A stretch of 64,000 nucleotides of DNA from Candidatus Adlerbacteria bacterium (lineage in GTDB: Bacteria; Patescibacteriota; Minisyncoccia; Phycocordibacterales; SBAW01). The stretch lies in contig CAINNF010000018.1 in NCBI GenBank assembly GCA_903851045.1, positions 3,925-67,924 of the forward strand, given 5' to 3'. Shown piece after piece: positions 49,844 through 59,255 of this stretch (the stretch's first letter is position 1; every line of letters starts with the position of its first letter). Under the pieces are notes generated by a model. The model had not been told where the DNA came from. It did no database searches and was given only the letters and a program-made list of their open reading frames with translations. Both the position numbers and the translations under genes were made by a program.

Positions 49844-50296
49844 TCAACACCTCGTTATAGACCAATACTTGCACGAAAAAAACGTGGGTGTACATTTAAA
49901 AAGGCCGTTCTCTGAACTGAATAGTCTTATGGGTTCGGCGCTTAACGTCGCATTGGCTTGCCCCTCCTTCCACACACGGACGGTGACCAAGATGAAACGA
50001 CGAAGATCGCTTAACACTACCGTGTGCGCTCTGCGCACGCATGTCAACGGGCAGAAGCACAACACCCGTCGGAGTGCCCCCTGCAACTCCCTTGTGGAGG
50101 AGCGCGGCATCTGACGGACCGAGATGATTTCGCTTCTAGACAATGAAGCGTGTACGTGCTAGCCGGCCCACCTGCGGAACTTCGTTTCTTCAATCCCCCG
50201 CAGGTGGGACTCTCTCACTATTCGATCCGTTCTTTCTACACCCACTTGGCTTCCTGGTCGCTCTGCAATCAATCTTCCTCACCACCTACCCCACAC

Positions 50297-50328
50297 GCCC
50301 CTGGCGTTGTCCGGGGTTTGTTTTTTTG
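50297..50328 (+). terminator. intrinsic terminator CCCCTGGCGTTGTCCGGGG + T7
   Basis: GC stem then GTTTGTTTTTTTG. Confidence 0.5.
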
Positions 50329-51831
50329 TATACAACCCTGAAATATGCTTTAGCATCCCAAACGCTGGGGTGCGAACCATTTTTAGACAGGACACCGTAT
50401 ACAAAAAGAGCCATATAGTGTCGTGTGGTTCATAGAGCGCAGCGGCCTTCGCTGCCAAGCGCAACGCACAAAGAGGTCTTTTGATGTCGACTGCTGATAC
50501 CGATACCAACACCGAGTCTGCGGACGAAGGAGGTGGTCGTACTGTGACCGAGTCGAACCAAGGAAGTTCGACACCGTTCGTCGAGCAAGAGTGGCGAGGA
50601 TCTGTTAGTCTGGGTACCACTCAAAACAAGCAACTCTAAACGGGAGGCTCCAGTGGTTGAGATCGATTGGGCACAGTTCGAAGCCCGCATGGTTGAACTG
50701 TTTCGCAGGTATGAACTGTTCATACTTCGCACCACGTAAGACCCTGACTACCCCGAGGAGTGAAAACTCCTCGGGCAACCACCTCATCTAGACATTTGCA
50801 GTTCGTTCGGTACCTTGCTCGATATTCACCCCGCCTGCTTCGCGCACGTGTCGGGGTTTTCTTTTTTCTTGTATAAAATAGTCAGAATAAGCCTTATTTA
50901 ACAACATATTTTACATGTACCCATAATATCGTGCAAAATTACTTGACAGAATTTTAATACCGTGTATACTACTCATTGTCGATTCCAAGTTTCGGGATCG
51001 GGCATACCCGGCATCCGTGCCGGTGGAAGAACATCAACAAAGGAAAGGTGCGTGCAATGCACGATCCCCCGCAGAATCTCGGTCGCGCGAGCGACCGTTA
51101 TGGTGTCAAAAACATGCATTTCGGCCTCAGTCATCTCGTCGCCATCGGCCTGGTCGCCCTGACCCGCTGATTCGGCGCCGGCGCCTCGGGGTAGGCGCTT
51201 CGTCCGGGTGAATCCCGGAAGCGAAGCGGCCTACCGCGGGCCTGCTCCAGGCCTAGTGCCTGCTCTGGGTCGTTTCGGCGTCTGGCCGAGAACCCACAGC
51301 TGAGGGCCTAGCTTGGAGCCGTGCAGGTAGGGTGGAGTCACCTCGGTGTAGCTCAACCGAGCGTTGACTGTGAAGCCTTACTTGCCTGAGCTTGCCTGAT
51401 CGACCCGGCTCGCCCCCATCCCGCGCGCAGTGCGCGGGTACGCAACGGCGGGACCGGGCCGATTCCCCCGTCACTCCAGAAGGAGAGGACAGGCCATGCG
51501 CAACCGGCAGCCGGAGCTGCCCGAGCCGGACACCCCGGCCTAAGGGCTTGACAGCCCCTATGTAGCACGGAGAGAGGTTCGAAACCCCAGCAGGTCCCCG
51601 ATATTTTTCTTCCTTTTATAAGGAGGAAAAAGTCGGGGGCCTTTTTCATTTCATGAAAAGGTTGTTTTTATATGAAAACTACGGTATAATCTGTAGTAAT
51701 TGCCTTTATCAGCAATGGTTCGTCGTCGCATAAGGCTATGGCGAACGAAAGCGCGTGGGAGTAATCTCCATATTCACAAAGGTCTGACCTTTGCAGTGTG
51801 GAACCCCTACCGTACAAGTACATAATTATAT

Positions 51832-52947
51832 ATGCCAGTAGAAACAGCAGAAAAGGTGCCAGCTTTAGCCTTGGGCGTATCGGTCATGACCGGTTTGTTC
51901 GAACAGGCACAAACACCCCCGAAAGAGGGTGATATTGTCGAGGGCCACGTGCTTGCGCTCGACCGTGCACGTTTATATATCGATCTTCCTCCGTTCGGTA
52001 CGGGTGTTATTTTTGGTCGTGAGTACATGAACGCGCGCGAGGTCATCAAGCGCGTGAACGTCGGCGACCTCGTCGCGGCAAAGGTCATCTCGACCACCGC
52101 CAAGGACGGCTATATCGAGCTTTCGCTCAAAGAGGCTCGCCAGGCTATCGTCTGGGCAGAGGCTGAAGAGGCGGTCAAGGGCAAGAAGCCGTTCGAACTC
52201 ACCGTCAAAGAGGCGAACAAGGGCGGACTTATCCTCGACTGGCAGGGCCTCATGGGCTTCCTCCCCGCATCCCAACTCAAACCCGAGCACTATCCTCGCG
52301 TCTCGGACGGCGACAAGGATCGTATCCTCGACGAATTGCGCAAGCTCGTTGGCACCAAGCTTACCGTCACCGTCATTTCGGCAACACCGAAGGAAGGCAA
52401 ACTTATCTTCTCTGAAAAAGGTCAGGACGATACCGGCAAGCGCGAGATCGTCGAACACTACCAGGTCGGCGACACGCTCGAGGGCGAAGTGACTGGCATG
52501 GTCGACTTCGGCGTCTTCGTCAAGATCGAGGACGGGCTTGAAGGTCTCGTCCATATCTCGGAGATCGACTGGGGACTCGTGGATGATCCTCGCCACTTCT
52601 TTAAGGTCGGCGACAAGGTAAAGGTCAAGGTCATCGACATCAAGGATGGCAAGATCTCGCTGTCGGTCAAGGCGCTTAAGGAGAACCCGTGGCAGTCCGC
52701 AGGAGATAAGTACAAGAAGGGCGATCGTGTCGAGGGTATCGTCATCAAGTTCAACAAGCACGGCGCACTCGCGTCGATCGAAGAGGGCATCGCGGGTCTC
52801 GTCCACATCTCCGAGTTCGGCTCGGAGGAGAAGCTGCGCCAGTCGCTCGAGCTCGGCAAGCGCTACCCGTTCACCATCTCGCTCTTCGACCCCAAGGAAA
52901 TGCGTATGGCGCTCACCTTTGGCACTCCGGTTGAAAAGAAGGTGTAG
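51832..52947 (+). CDS. rpsA: 30S ribosomal protein S1 (short, 4 S1 domains)
   Basis: Repeated S1-domain signatures (GDIVEGHV..., GDTLEGEVTGMVDFGVFVKI, GDRVEGIVIKFNKHGALASI). Confidence 0.85.
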   Translation: MPVETAEKVPALALGVSVMTGLFEQAQTPPKEGDIVEGHVLALDRARLYIDLPPFGTGVIFGREYMNAREVIKRVNVGDLVAAKVISTTAKDGYIELSLKEARQAIVWAEAEEAVKGKKPFELTVKEANKGGLILDWQGLMGFLPASQLKPEHYPRVSDGDKDRILDELRKLVGTKLTVTVISATPKEGKLIFSEKGQDDTGKREIVEHYQVGDTLEGEVTGMVDFGVFVKIEDGLEGLVHISEIDWGLVDDPRHFFKVGDKVKVKVIDIKDGKISLSVKALKENPWQSAGDKYKKGDRVEGIVIKFNKHGALASIEEGIAGLVHISEFGSEEKLRQSLELGKRYPFTISLFDPKEMRMALTFGTPVEKKV

Positions 52948-52956
52948 CCGTCGTTA

Positions 52957-53061
52957 CAGAACACAAGAAAAACACTTTGCAAATGGTCTGGAAGCCTACA
53001 GCGTCGCTCTGGACGCTGAGGCGGCCCGAGGACCTTTGCAAAGTGTTTTTCTTGTGTTCTG
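52957..53061. repeat. palindromic mini-element copy 1: 27-bp inverted arms (CAGAACACAAGAAAAACACTTTGCAAA/…) around conserved 51-nt core ATGGTCTGGAAGCCTACAGCGTCGCTCTGGACGCTGAGGCGGCCCGAGGACC
   Basis: Perfect long inverted repeat; core shared with 53704..53799; lies between convergent rpsA and pth. Confidence 0.65.
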
Positions 53062-53065
53062 TTCT

Positions 53066-53662
53066 CTATTGTTTCGAATGAATGACCATCGTCGCATGGT
53101 CGCGGCTTTCGTTCACTAACAGTTCGAGCGCTTCGGCGACCAGCTTCTTTACCTTTTTTAGTTTTTCTCCTTCGGTAGGTTTGAACGTACCGAGCACGAA
53201 GTCGACGACCTTCTCCGACTCTGGCTTTTTCGTCTTACCTGACGGTGTCGTGGGCGAGATGCCGATGCGGATACGAACGAAATCCTTCGTCTTGAGCGCC
53301 TTTTGAATAGAGTCGACGCCTCGGTGACCGCCCGCGGAGCTGCCGAACGACAACTTCACCCGCCCAAGAGGCATATCGAGCTCATCGTGGAGCACGACGA
53401 GATTCTCGGCGGCTTTTTTCGACTTCACGAGCGCGGTCAGCGCCTTGCCGGAATTGTTCATATAGGTGTCCGGTAGTACGAGTGCCACCTTTTTACCGAA
53501 CAGTTCTGCTTTCGCGGTCAGTGCATGCAGCTTCGCATCCTCTTTCCACTTTGCTACCCCTTCTTTCTCCGCAATCTCCAATAAGAAGTCGCGTCCGATG
53601 TTATGACGTGTGCCGTCATACTCGCCACCTGGGTTCCCAAGCCCTACGATCGTCCATTGCAT
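53066..53662 (-). CDS. pth: peptidyl-tRNA hydrolase
   Basis: MQWTIVGLGNPGGEYDGTRHNIGRDF...HDELD...GGHRGV motifs. Confidence 0.9.
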   Translation of the reverse strand: MQWTIVGLGNPGGEYDGTRHNIGRDFLLEIAEKEGVAKWKEDAKLHALTAKAELFGKKVALVLPDTYMNNSGKALTALVKSKKAAENLVVLHDELDMPLGRVKLSFGSSAGGHRGVDSIQKALKTKDFVRIRIGISPTTPSGKTKKPESEKVVDFVLGTFKPTEGEKLKKVKKLVAEALELLVNESRDHATMVIHSKQ

Positions 53663-53703
53663 GTCTTACAGCGTAGCATAAGAAGAAAAAATACAAAGTC
53701 TTT

Positions 53704-53799
53704 ACAAAAAAAATGAAAAACATTTTACAAATGGTCTGGAAGCCTACAGTGTCGCTCTGGACGCTGAGGCGGCCCGAGGACCTTTGTAAAATATTTTTC
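53704..53799. repeat. palindromic mini-element copy 2: arms ACAAAAAAAATGAAAAACATTTTACAAA/TTTGTAAAATATTTTTCATTTTTTTGT around the same core (one C>T)
   Basis: Arms differ from copy 1 but remain self-complementary (compensatory changes). Confidence 0.65.
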
Positions 53800-53865
53800 A
53801 TTTTTTTGTATATATATTTTTTGATAAAACTTGCGTTGTTCGAAAAGAAGAATACAATAACTTGC

Positions 53866-54423
53866 ATGCCTCAGGAGCACAGTGAGAATTTTTTCATTGA
53901 ACTCCTCAAGTTCGCTCTTCTCGCGTTATGCATCGTCATACCAGTGCGCTTGTTCGTCGCACAACCGTTCATCGTCTCCGGCGAATCGATGGTCCCCACG
54001 TTCCAGAACGGACAATATTTGATCGTGGACGAACTCACGTATCACTTCGAAGTACCGAAACGCGGCGATGTCATCGTCTTTCGCTATCCGAAGGACCCGT
54101 CGCAGTTCTTTATCAAGCGCATCGTTGGTTTGCCAGGCGACGTCGTGCACGTGTCCGACACCGGCGTCACGGTCACACATACCGACGGGACCACTATCAC
54201 GGTCGACGAGTCCTATGTCGTGAACCACGGCAACGGCGGCACGCACGACTACACGATCCCTGCACAGGACTACTTCGTCATGGGAGACAATCGTCCAGAG
54301 AGTTCCGATTCGCGAGCATGGGGTTTCCTGCCGCGCGGCAACATGGTCGGACGAGTCTTGTTGAGAGTGCTACCGTTCCAAACCCTTGGTCTCTTCCCGG
54401 GAAGTATATCCGAGCCGCAATAA
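53866..54423 (+). CDS. lepB: signal peptidase I
   Basis: Start moved to MPQEHS (53866) because the listed ORF reads through the palindromic element. SGESMVPTF (catalytic Ser), ...KRIVGLPGD..., GDNRPESSDSR. Confidence 0.8.
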   Translation: MPQEHSENFFIELLKFALLALCIVIPVRLFVAQPFIVSGESMVPTFQNGQYLIVDELTYHFEVPKRGDVIVFRYPKDPSQFFIKRIVGLPGDVVHVSDTGVTVTHTDGTTITVDESYVVNHGNGGTHDYTIPAQDYFVMGDNRPESSDSRAWGFLPRGNMVGRVLLRVLPFQTLGLFPGSISEPQ

Positions 54424-54442
54424 ATAATAACAATCACATCAT

Positions 54443-55591
54443 ATGAGCGCATCTCAACGGCTTTCACCCGCATCGTTCGTTCGTCACGCGTCGGACGTCT
54501 CCGCTTTTTACGGGTTTCGACCGATACACGAGGTCGAAAAAGGCCTTGCCGGTAGGCGCTCGCGCTCTTTGCATACCTTCCAAACGAGCATCGAGTCGTG
54601 CACGCAACGGTTTATACAGCAGAAACGGAGCGAGCCGGTCTTGGCGTACTACGCGAGTGCCGCACCGCTCCACACTCCGACCGGGATCTCTGCGCGAGAC
54701 GTTGGTGAGTTCGGACTCCATGTGGTCGGCACGACCGAGAGTCTCGGCGAGATCATTTTGCTCAAAACATTATTCTCGATCGTGACCGAGTGGGGCGCTC
54801 GAGTCTCGCGCGTGCGCGTGAACGCGCTTGGCGACCGCGACTCGAAGTCTCGCTTCGAGCGAGAACTGACCGGATATCTGCGCAAGCATGCACACCTACT
54901 CGACCCCGTTTGTCGCAAAGCGGTCGGTGAAAGCCCGTTGACGACGTACGGATGCACCAACGATGCCTGTCGAGATGTACTAGGTGACGGACCGCGATCC
55001 ATGAACTTTTTGTCCGAGAAGAGTCGCGAGCATTTTCGCGAAGTGCTGGAGTATATCGAGAGTCTGGGTCTCCCCTACGAGGTAGATGACCTGTTGGTCG
55101 GAGATACGCGAGAACCGAGCATAACCTTCGCGCTCGACCTCGATGAGCCGGATGCGACGATCGTCAGCGGTGTCGGGGGACGCTTTGACGAATACGTACG
55201 AAAGCTGAACGCGCGCAAAGACGGCGCCGGCGCCTCAGCGAGTATCTTTTTCCGAAAGAAGGGGTTGGTGCGGTCCGCCTTCGTACCGTCCGCATCCCAG
55301 CGCGCCCCAAAGATATACTTCGTGCAGCTTGGACTGCGCGCGAAATTGCAGAGTCTCTCGGTGGTCGACATGCTTCGAGCGGCTCAGGTGCCGGTCTCGC
55401 AGTCCTTCGACGCACGGAGTCTCGCTCCCCAGATGGAGTCTGCCCGAGCACAGGGTGTCTCCCATCTTCTCATCATGGGCCAACGAGAGGCGATCGACGG
55501 CACCATCATCGTACGTTCGATGCTCAACAGCTCTCAAACGACCGTCCCGATCGCCATCCTCCCCCGCTACCTCAAGACACTGAAGGTTTAG
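54443..55591 (+). CDS. histidyl-tRNA synthetase-like class II aaRS paralog (HisRS/HisZ family, probably non-catalytic)
   Basis: Class-II-like body and C-terminal anticodon-binding-like domain (IYFVQLG...LLIMGQREAIDGTIIVRSM) but no clear motif 2/3. Confidence 0.45.
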   Translation: MSASQRLSPASFVRHASDVSAFYGFRPIHEVEKGLAGRRSRSLHTFQTSIESCTQRFIQQKRSEPVLAYYASAAPLHTPTGISARDVGEFGLHVVGTTESLGEIILLKTLFSIVTEWGARVSRVRVNALGDRDSKSRFERELTGYLRKHAHLLDPVCRKAVGESPLTTYGCTNDACRDVLGDGPRSMNFLSEKSREHFREVLEYIESLGLPYEVDDLLVGDTREPSITFALDLDEPDATIVSGVGGRFDEYVRKLNARKDGAGASASIFFRKKGLVRSAFVPSASQRAPKIYFVQLGLRAKLQSLSVVDMLRAAQVPVSQSFDARSLAPQMESARAQGVSHLLIMGQREAIDGTIIVRSMLNSSQTTVPIAILPRYLKTLKV

Positions 55592-55686
55592 CAGGCACAT
55601 TGACTTGTTTTTAATGGTGTAGTATAAACAAATCCGGATACGGTCTTGCGTTATCTTGTATATAATACAAAAAAGGAAACGGATCG

Positions 55687-56040
55687 GTGAAACCATCGAA
55701 GAGAGTGTTACTCGCCGAGGAAGCGAAGCGGGTTACGAGAGAACTTGTCGCGCTTGGGCTGGACGCGGACATGCTCTCGGTCATGACCCAGAAGGTCCGT
55801 CGCGTTCTTGGTGGTGTACTCGACCACGAACTTAAACAGCTGGATACGCTCGACCCTCGTCATAGAGCGAAAGTGAGGGCGGATGTGTTGGAGGCTATCG
55901 AAGACTCCCTCGGTAAAGCAGCGAGTGGCTCTCTGAAGAGCTATGCTCGGCAATTCCAGGTCGCCGCGAGTGGATGTGAGACCACCGAGGGTAGGGGTGC
56001 TCTCTTGGGTATCGCCAACGCCATGAGTGCAGCTATCTAG
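55687..56040 (+). CDS. hypothetical protein (117 aa)
   Basis: ORF only. Confidence 0.35.
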   Translation: MKPSKRVLLAEEAKRVTRELVALGLDADMLSVMTQKVRRVLGGVLDHELKQLDTLDPRHRAKVRADVLEAIEDSLGKAASGSLKSYARQFQVAASGCETTEGRGALLGIANAMSAAI

Positions 56041-56132
56041 CACGTTTTTTCCAGACTTCTCGACCAAAGGGGCCAGTACGAAAAATACCACCGTACTGGC
56101 CCTTCGCTGTAAGTTGCACCCAGTGTAGGGGT

Positions 56133-56405
56133 GTGGTAGTATCTTTTTACATGGCTATAAATGCAGAAGTGACGAAAAACGAGGCCGAAACACCGGTCAA
56201 TCTTATACGACGATTCTCCAAGCGCGTTCAGGGAACCGGGCTTATCCAGCGTATGCGCTCACGCCGCTACCAGGTCCGTATCAAGTCTGGTAACGTCCGC
56301 CGCAAGCAGACATTGAAGGTTATCAAGCGCCGAGAAGAGGTTGCCGAGCTCATCAAGCTTGGCAAGATGCTCGAGCGCACGACCCGTGGCCCTCGCCGAC
56401 GCTAA
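56133..56405 (+). CDS. rpsU: 30S ribosomal protein bS21 (putative)
   Basis: VNLIRRFSKRVQGTGLIQRMRSRRYQVR resembles S21 core ALRRFKR..K.G....R.R..Y.KP; basic tail; precedes ybeY. Confidence 0.5.
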   Translation: MVVSFYMAINAEVTKNEAETPVNLIRRFSKRVQGTGLIQRMRSRRYQVRIKSGNVRRKQTLKVIKRREEVAELIKLGKMLERTTRGPRRR

Positions 56406-56414
56406 CAACACTCC

Positions 56415-56765
56415 TTGGATACGCTGTTTGAACAGATTAAGACCTTTGTGCTCGGAAAGCGATATGACTTGTCAGTCGCTTTTTTGAGTTCTTCGAAGAT
56501 GCGTGAGGTGACCAAGAAGGCCAAAGGCACGGACAAGGCGAGTAACGTACTGGCGTTCCCACTCTCCAAGACGTCAGGTGAGGTCCTCATCTGCAAGGCG
56601 ACCGCACGAAAAGAGGCGAAGGATTTTGGTATGACCCCCGACACTTTTATCGCCTATTTGTTTATCCACGGTGTATTGCACTTAAAAGGCTTCGATCATA
56701 GTGCTACAATGGAGCACGAAGAGCGCCGAGTCATGCGGCGATTTGATCTTCGTCGTAATGAGTAA
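56415..56765 (+). CDS. ybeY: rRNA maturation endoribonuclease YbeY
   Basis: HGVLHLKGFDH metal-binding motif (H3xH5xH). Confidence 0.8.
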   Translation: MDTLFEQIKTFVLGKRYDLSVAFLSSSKMREVTKKAKGTDKASNVLAFPLSKTSGEVLICKATARKEAKDFGMTPDTFIAYLFIHGVLHLKGFDHSATMEHEERRVMRRFDLRRNE

Positions 56766-57936
56766 AGTAGTCACAGGAATCGATATAGGCACCTACCACG
56801 TCAAAGTGGTCATCGCTGAGCTCGCCGACGATCCTCGGCAGCCTCCGCGTATTCTTGGTAGTGGATATGCCGAGAGCCGGGGACTGAAACAGGGGTATGT
56901 CATTTCTATTGAGGAAACGTCTCGGTCGGTCGCCGCTGCGGTGGCCCAAGCGAGCCGAGCTGCACGGGTGCCCGTAAAGCGTGCGTACGTATCGTTGGGT
57001 GGTGTTGGACTCGATGAGGCGTTCGCCCGGGGTGAGACCGTGGTCGAGCGCGGTGACTCCGAAGTGACCGAGCGCGATGTCCCACGTGCTATAGCCGCCA
57101 GCGAGAAAGCGCTCGCACCTTCGGCCACCCTCAACAGGAAGATCATCCATACCATCCCGCTACGCTTTACCGTCGACGGCGTGACCGTCATGGGCGGCAA
57201 TCCGATCGGCATGAAGGGTATGCGCATCTCGGTCGAAACACTTTTCATAACATGCGTCGAACGTCATGTGCGCGACCTGGTAGAGGCGGTCGAACATGCC
57301 GGGGTCGAGGTGGAGGACCTGGTCGCCTCCCCTATCGCAGCAAGTTTCGTCGCGACGACGAAGATGCAGAAACGCGTCGGCTGTTTGCTCGCCAACATCG
57401 GCTCTGAAACACTCTCTATGGTCGTGTTCGAGGACACGAAACCGGTCTCGCTCAAGGTGTTCCCCGTCGGCGGCAGCGACATCACTAACGACCTCGCGCT
57501 CGCGCTCCGTATCTCTCCTGAAGAGGCTGAACAGCTAAAGTCGGGCGCAGTACTCGCCACCACCTACCCGAAGAAAAAAGTGGACGACATCATCAACCGT
57601 CGGCTCGTCGAGATGTTCAAGCTCATAGAGGCGCACCTCAAACGCATCGGCAAGAACGAACTACTGCCCGCGGGTGCCCTACTCACCGGTGGAGGATCAT
57701 CGCTTCATGCTGCTGCGGACGTCGCCAAACTGGTCCTGAAACTCCCCGCACGCATCGCGAGCCTGTCGGACAGTAACGCGACGAAGATGCAGCTCGGCGA
57801 CGGCATCTGGTCGGTCGCGTACGGACTCACGGTATGGGGTTTTACCTCTGGCGAGGGTATCGAGCGTCCCGACGCCAGCAATTTCGCCGACACCTTCAAA
57901 TTGTTCTGGCGCTGGCTCAAAAAATTCTTTCCATAA
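56758..57936 (+). CDS. ftsA: cell division protein FtsA
   Basis: ATG 56758 overlaps the ybeY stop; actin-like fold motifs VVTGIDIGTYHVKVV...; immediately upstream of ftsZ. Confidence 0.8.
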   Translation: MSKVVTGIDIGTYHVKVVIAELADDPRQPPRILGSGYAESRGLKQGYVISIEETSRSVAAAVAQASRAARVPVKRAYVSLGGVGLDEAFARGETVVERGDSEVTERDVPRAIAASEKALAPSATLNRKIIHTIPLRFTVDGVTVMGGNPIGMKGMRISVETLFITCVERHVRDLVEAVEHAGVEVEDLVASPIAASFVATTKMQKRVGCLLANIGSETLSMVVFEDTKPVSLKVFPVGGSDITNDLALALRISPEEAEQLKSGAVLATTYPKKKVDDIINRRLVEMFKLIEAHLKRIGKNELLPAGALLTGGGSSLHAAADVAKLVLKLPARIASLSDSNATKMQLGDGIWSVAYGLTVWGFTSGEGIERPDASNFADTFKLFWRWLKKFFP

Positions 57937-58005
57937 ACACCAGCTAATAGAAGAAAAAGCTTGTCAAAGTTTGCAAAGCACTTCGACGGTGGTAGAGTGT
58001 GGGGC

Positions 58006-59238
58006 ATGCCGCAAGTACAACCAGAAATTGAAGCGTTCGCTCGTATTCGTGTCGTCGGAGTCGGAGGCTCCGGTGGTAACGCCATCAATCACATGATGGA
58101 GAACAAGATGCGTGGCGTCGACTTCGTCGCTATTAACACCGACGCTCAAGACCTCCACAATTCGCTCGCAAAGAAGAAGATCCATATTGGCAAGAACCTC
58201 ACTCGTGGCCTCGGTGCCGGCATGAACCCTGACCTTGGCAAGCGTGCCGCGGAAGAGACCAAAGAAGAGATACAGCAGTCGATGAAGGGTTCGGACATGG
58301 TCTTCATCGCCTGCGGTATGGGCGGCGGCACCGGCACCGGTGCAGCTCCTATCGTCGCCAAGACCGCCAAAGAGCTCGGTGCACTCACCGTCGCGGTCGT
58401 CACCAAGCCGTTCTCGTTCGAAGGCCAACAGCGTATGCGACTCGCCGAGCAGGGCCTTGAGGACCTGCGCAAAGAGGTCGACGCGCTCATCATCATCCCG
58501 AATGACCGTATTCTTGCGACCGTCGCGAAGGATACGACACTCAAGAATGCCTTCGCTATGTGCGACGACATCCTCAAGCAGGCGGTCGAGGGTATCTCTG
58601 ACCTGATCACCCACCCCGGCATCATCAACGTCGACTTCGCCGATATTCGCGCGGTCATGGAGAACGCTGGCTCGGCACTCATGGGTATCGGTATCGCGTC
58701 CGGCGAGAATCGTGCACAGGTCGCCGCTAAGGCTGCCGTCTCCTCACCCCTGCTCGAACTATCGATCAATGGTGCGAAAGGGGTACTCTTCGCTATCGCA
58801 GGAGGTGACGACCTCGGCATGATCGAGGTACACGAAGCGGCCAAGATTGTGACCGAGTCCGTGGACCCGAACGCGAAGATCATCTTCGGAGCAATCAAAG
58901 ACGAGAAGCTCAAGAAGAACGATGTGCGCGTCACCGTTATCGCGACCGGCTTCCCAACCGCGGCACAGAACGCACAGGCGCAGCGAGGCACGCCACTCTT
59001 TACCTTCGGACGCGACCAGAAAGAAGCTGATGTCCCTCCGGTTGGCACCATCGGCAAGATATTCAACTCACCGACCCCGCCTCCGGTCGCACCGACTCCC
59101 ATAGTCATTCGCGAACCAGAGACTCCAAAGGTCACGACGCCCGTCGTCGAGGTCGAAGTCAAAGCAAAGAAGGACGAGGACGAGGACGATGAGTGGGGCG
59201 CGGTACCATCCTTCCTTCGCCGACCAAAAATTAAATAA
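58006..59238 (+). CDS. ftsZ: cell division GTPase FtsZ
   Basis: Listed ORF starts at TTG 57961; preferred start ATG 58006 (MPQVQPEIEAF). GGGTGTG signature, NTDAQ. Confidence 0.95.
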   Translation: MPQVQPEIEAFARIRVVGVGGSGGNAINHMMENKMRGVDFVAINTDAQDLHNSLAKKKIHIGKNLTRGLGAGMNPDLGKRAAEETKEEIQQSMKGSDMVFIACGMGGGTGTGAAPIVAKTAKELGALTVAVVTKPFSFEGQQRMRLAEQGLEDLRKEVDALIIIPNDRILATVAKDTTLKNAFAMCDDILKQAVEGISDLITHPGIINVDFADIRAVMENAGSALMGIGIASGENRAQVAAKAAVSSPLLELSINGAKGVLFAIAGGDDLGMIEVHEAAKIVTESVDPNAKIIFGAIKDEKLKKNDVRVTVIATGFPTAAQNAQAQRGTPLFTFGRDQKEADVPPVGTIGKIFNSPTPPPVAPTPIVIREPETPKVTTPVVEVEVKAKKDEDEDDEWGAVPSFLRRPKIK

Positions 59239-59255
59239 AGCGGTATACTGTCCTC

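Noticed and set aside
53713-53865. N-terminal extension of the lepB ORF (MKNILQMVWKPTVSLW...)
   Set aside because: Reads through the palindromic mini-element copy 2; the same peptide-like string appears in copy 1 outside any gene. Start moved to MPQEHS at 53866.
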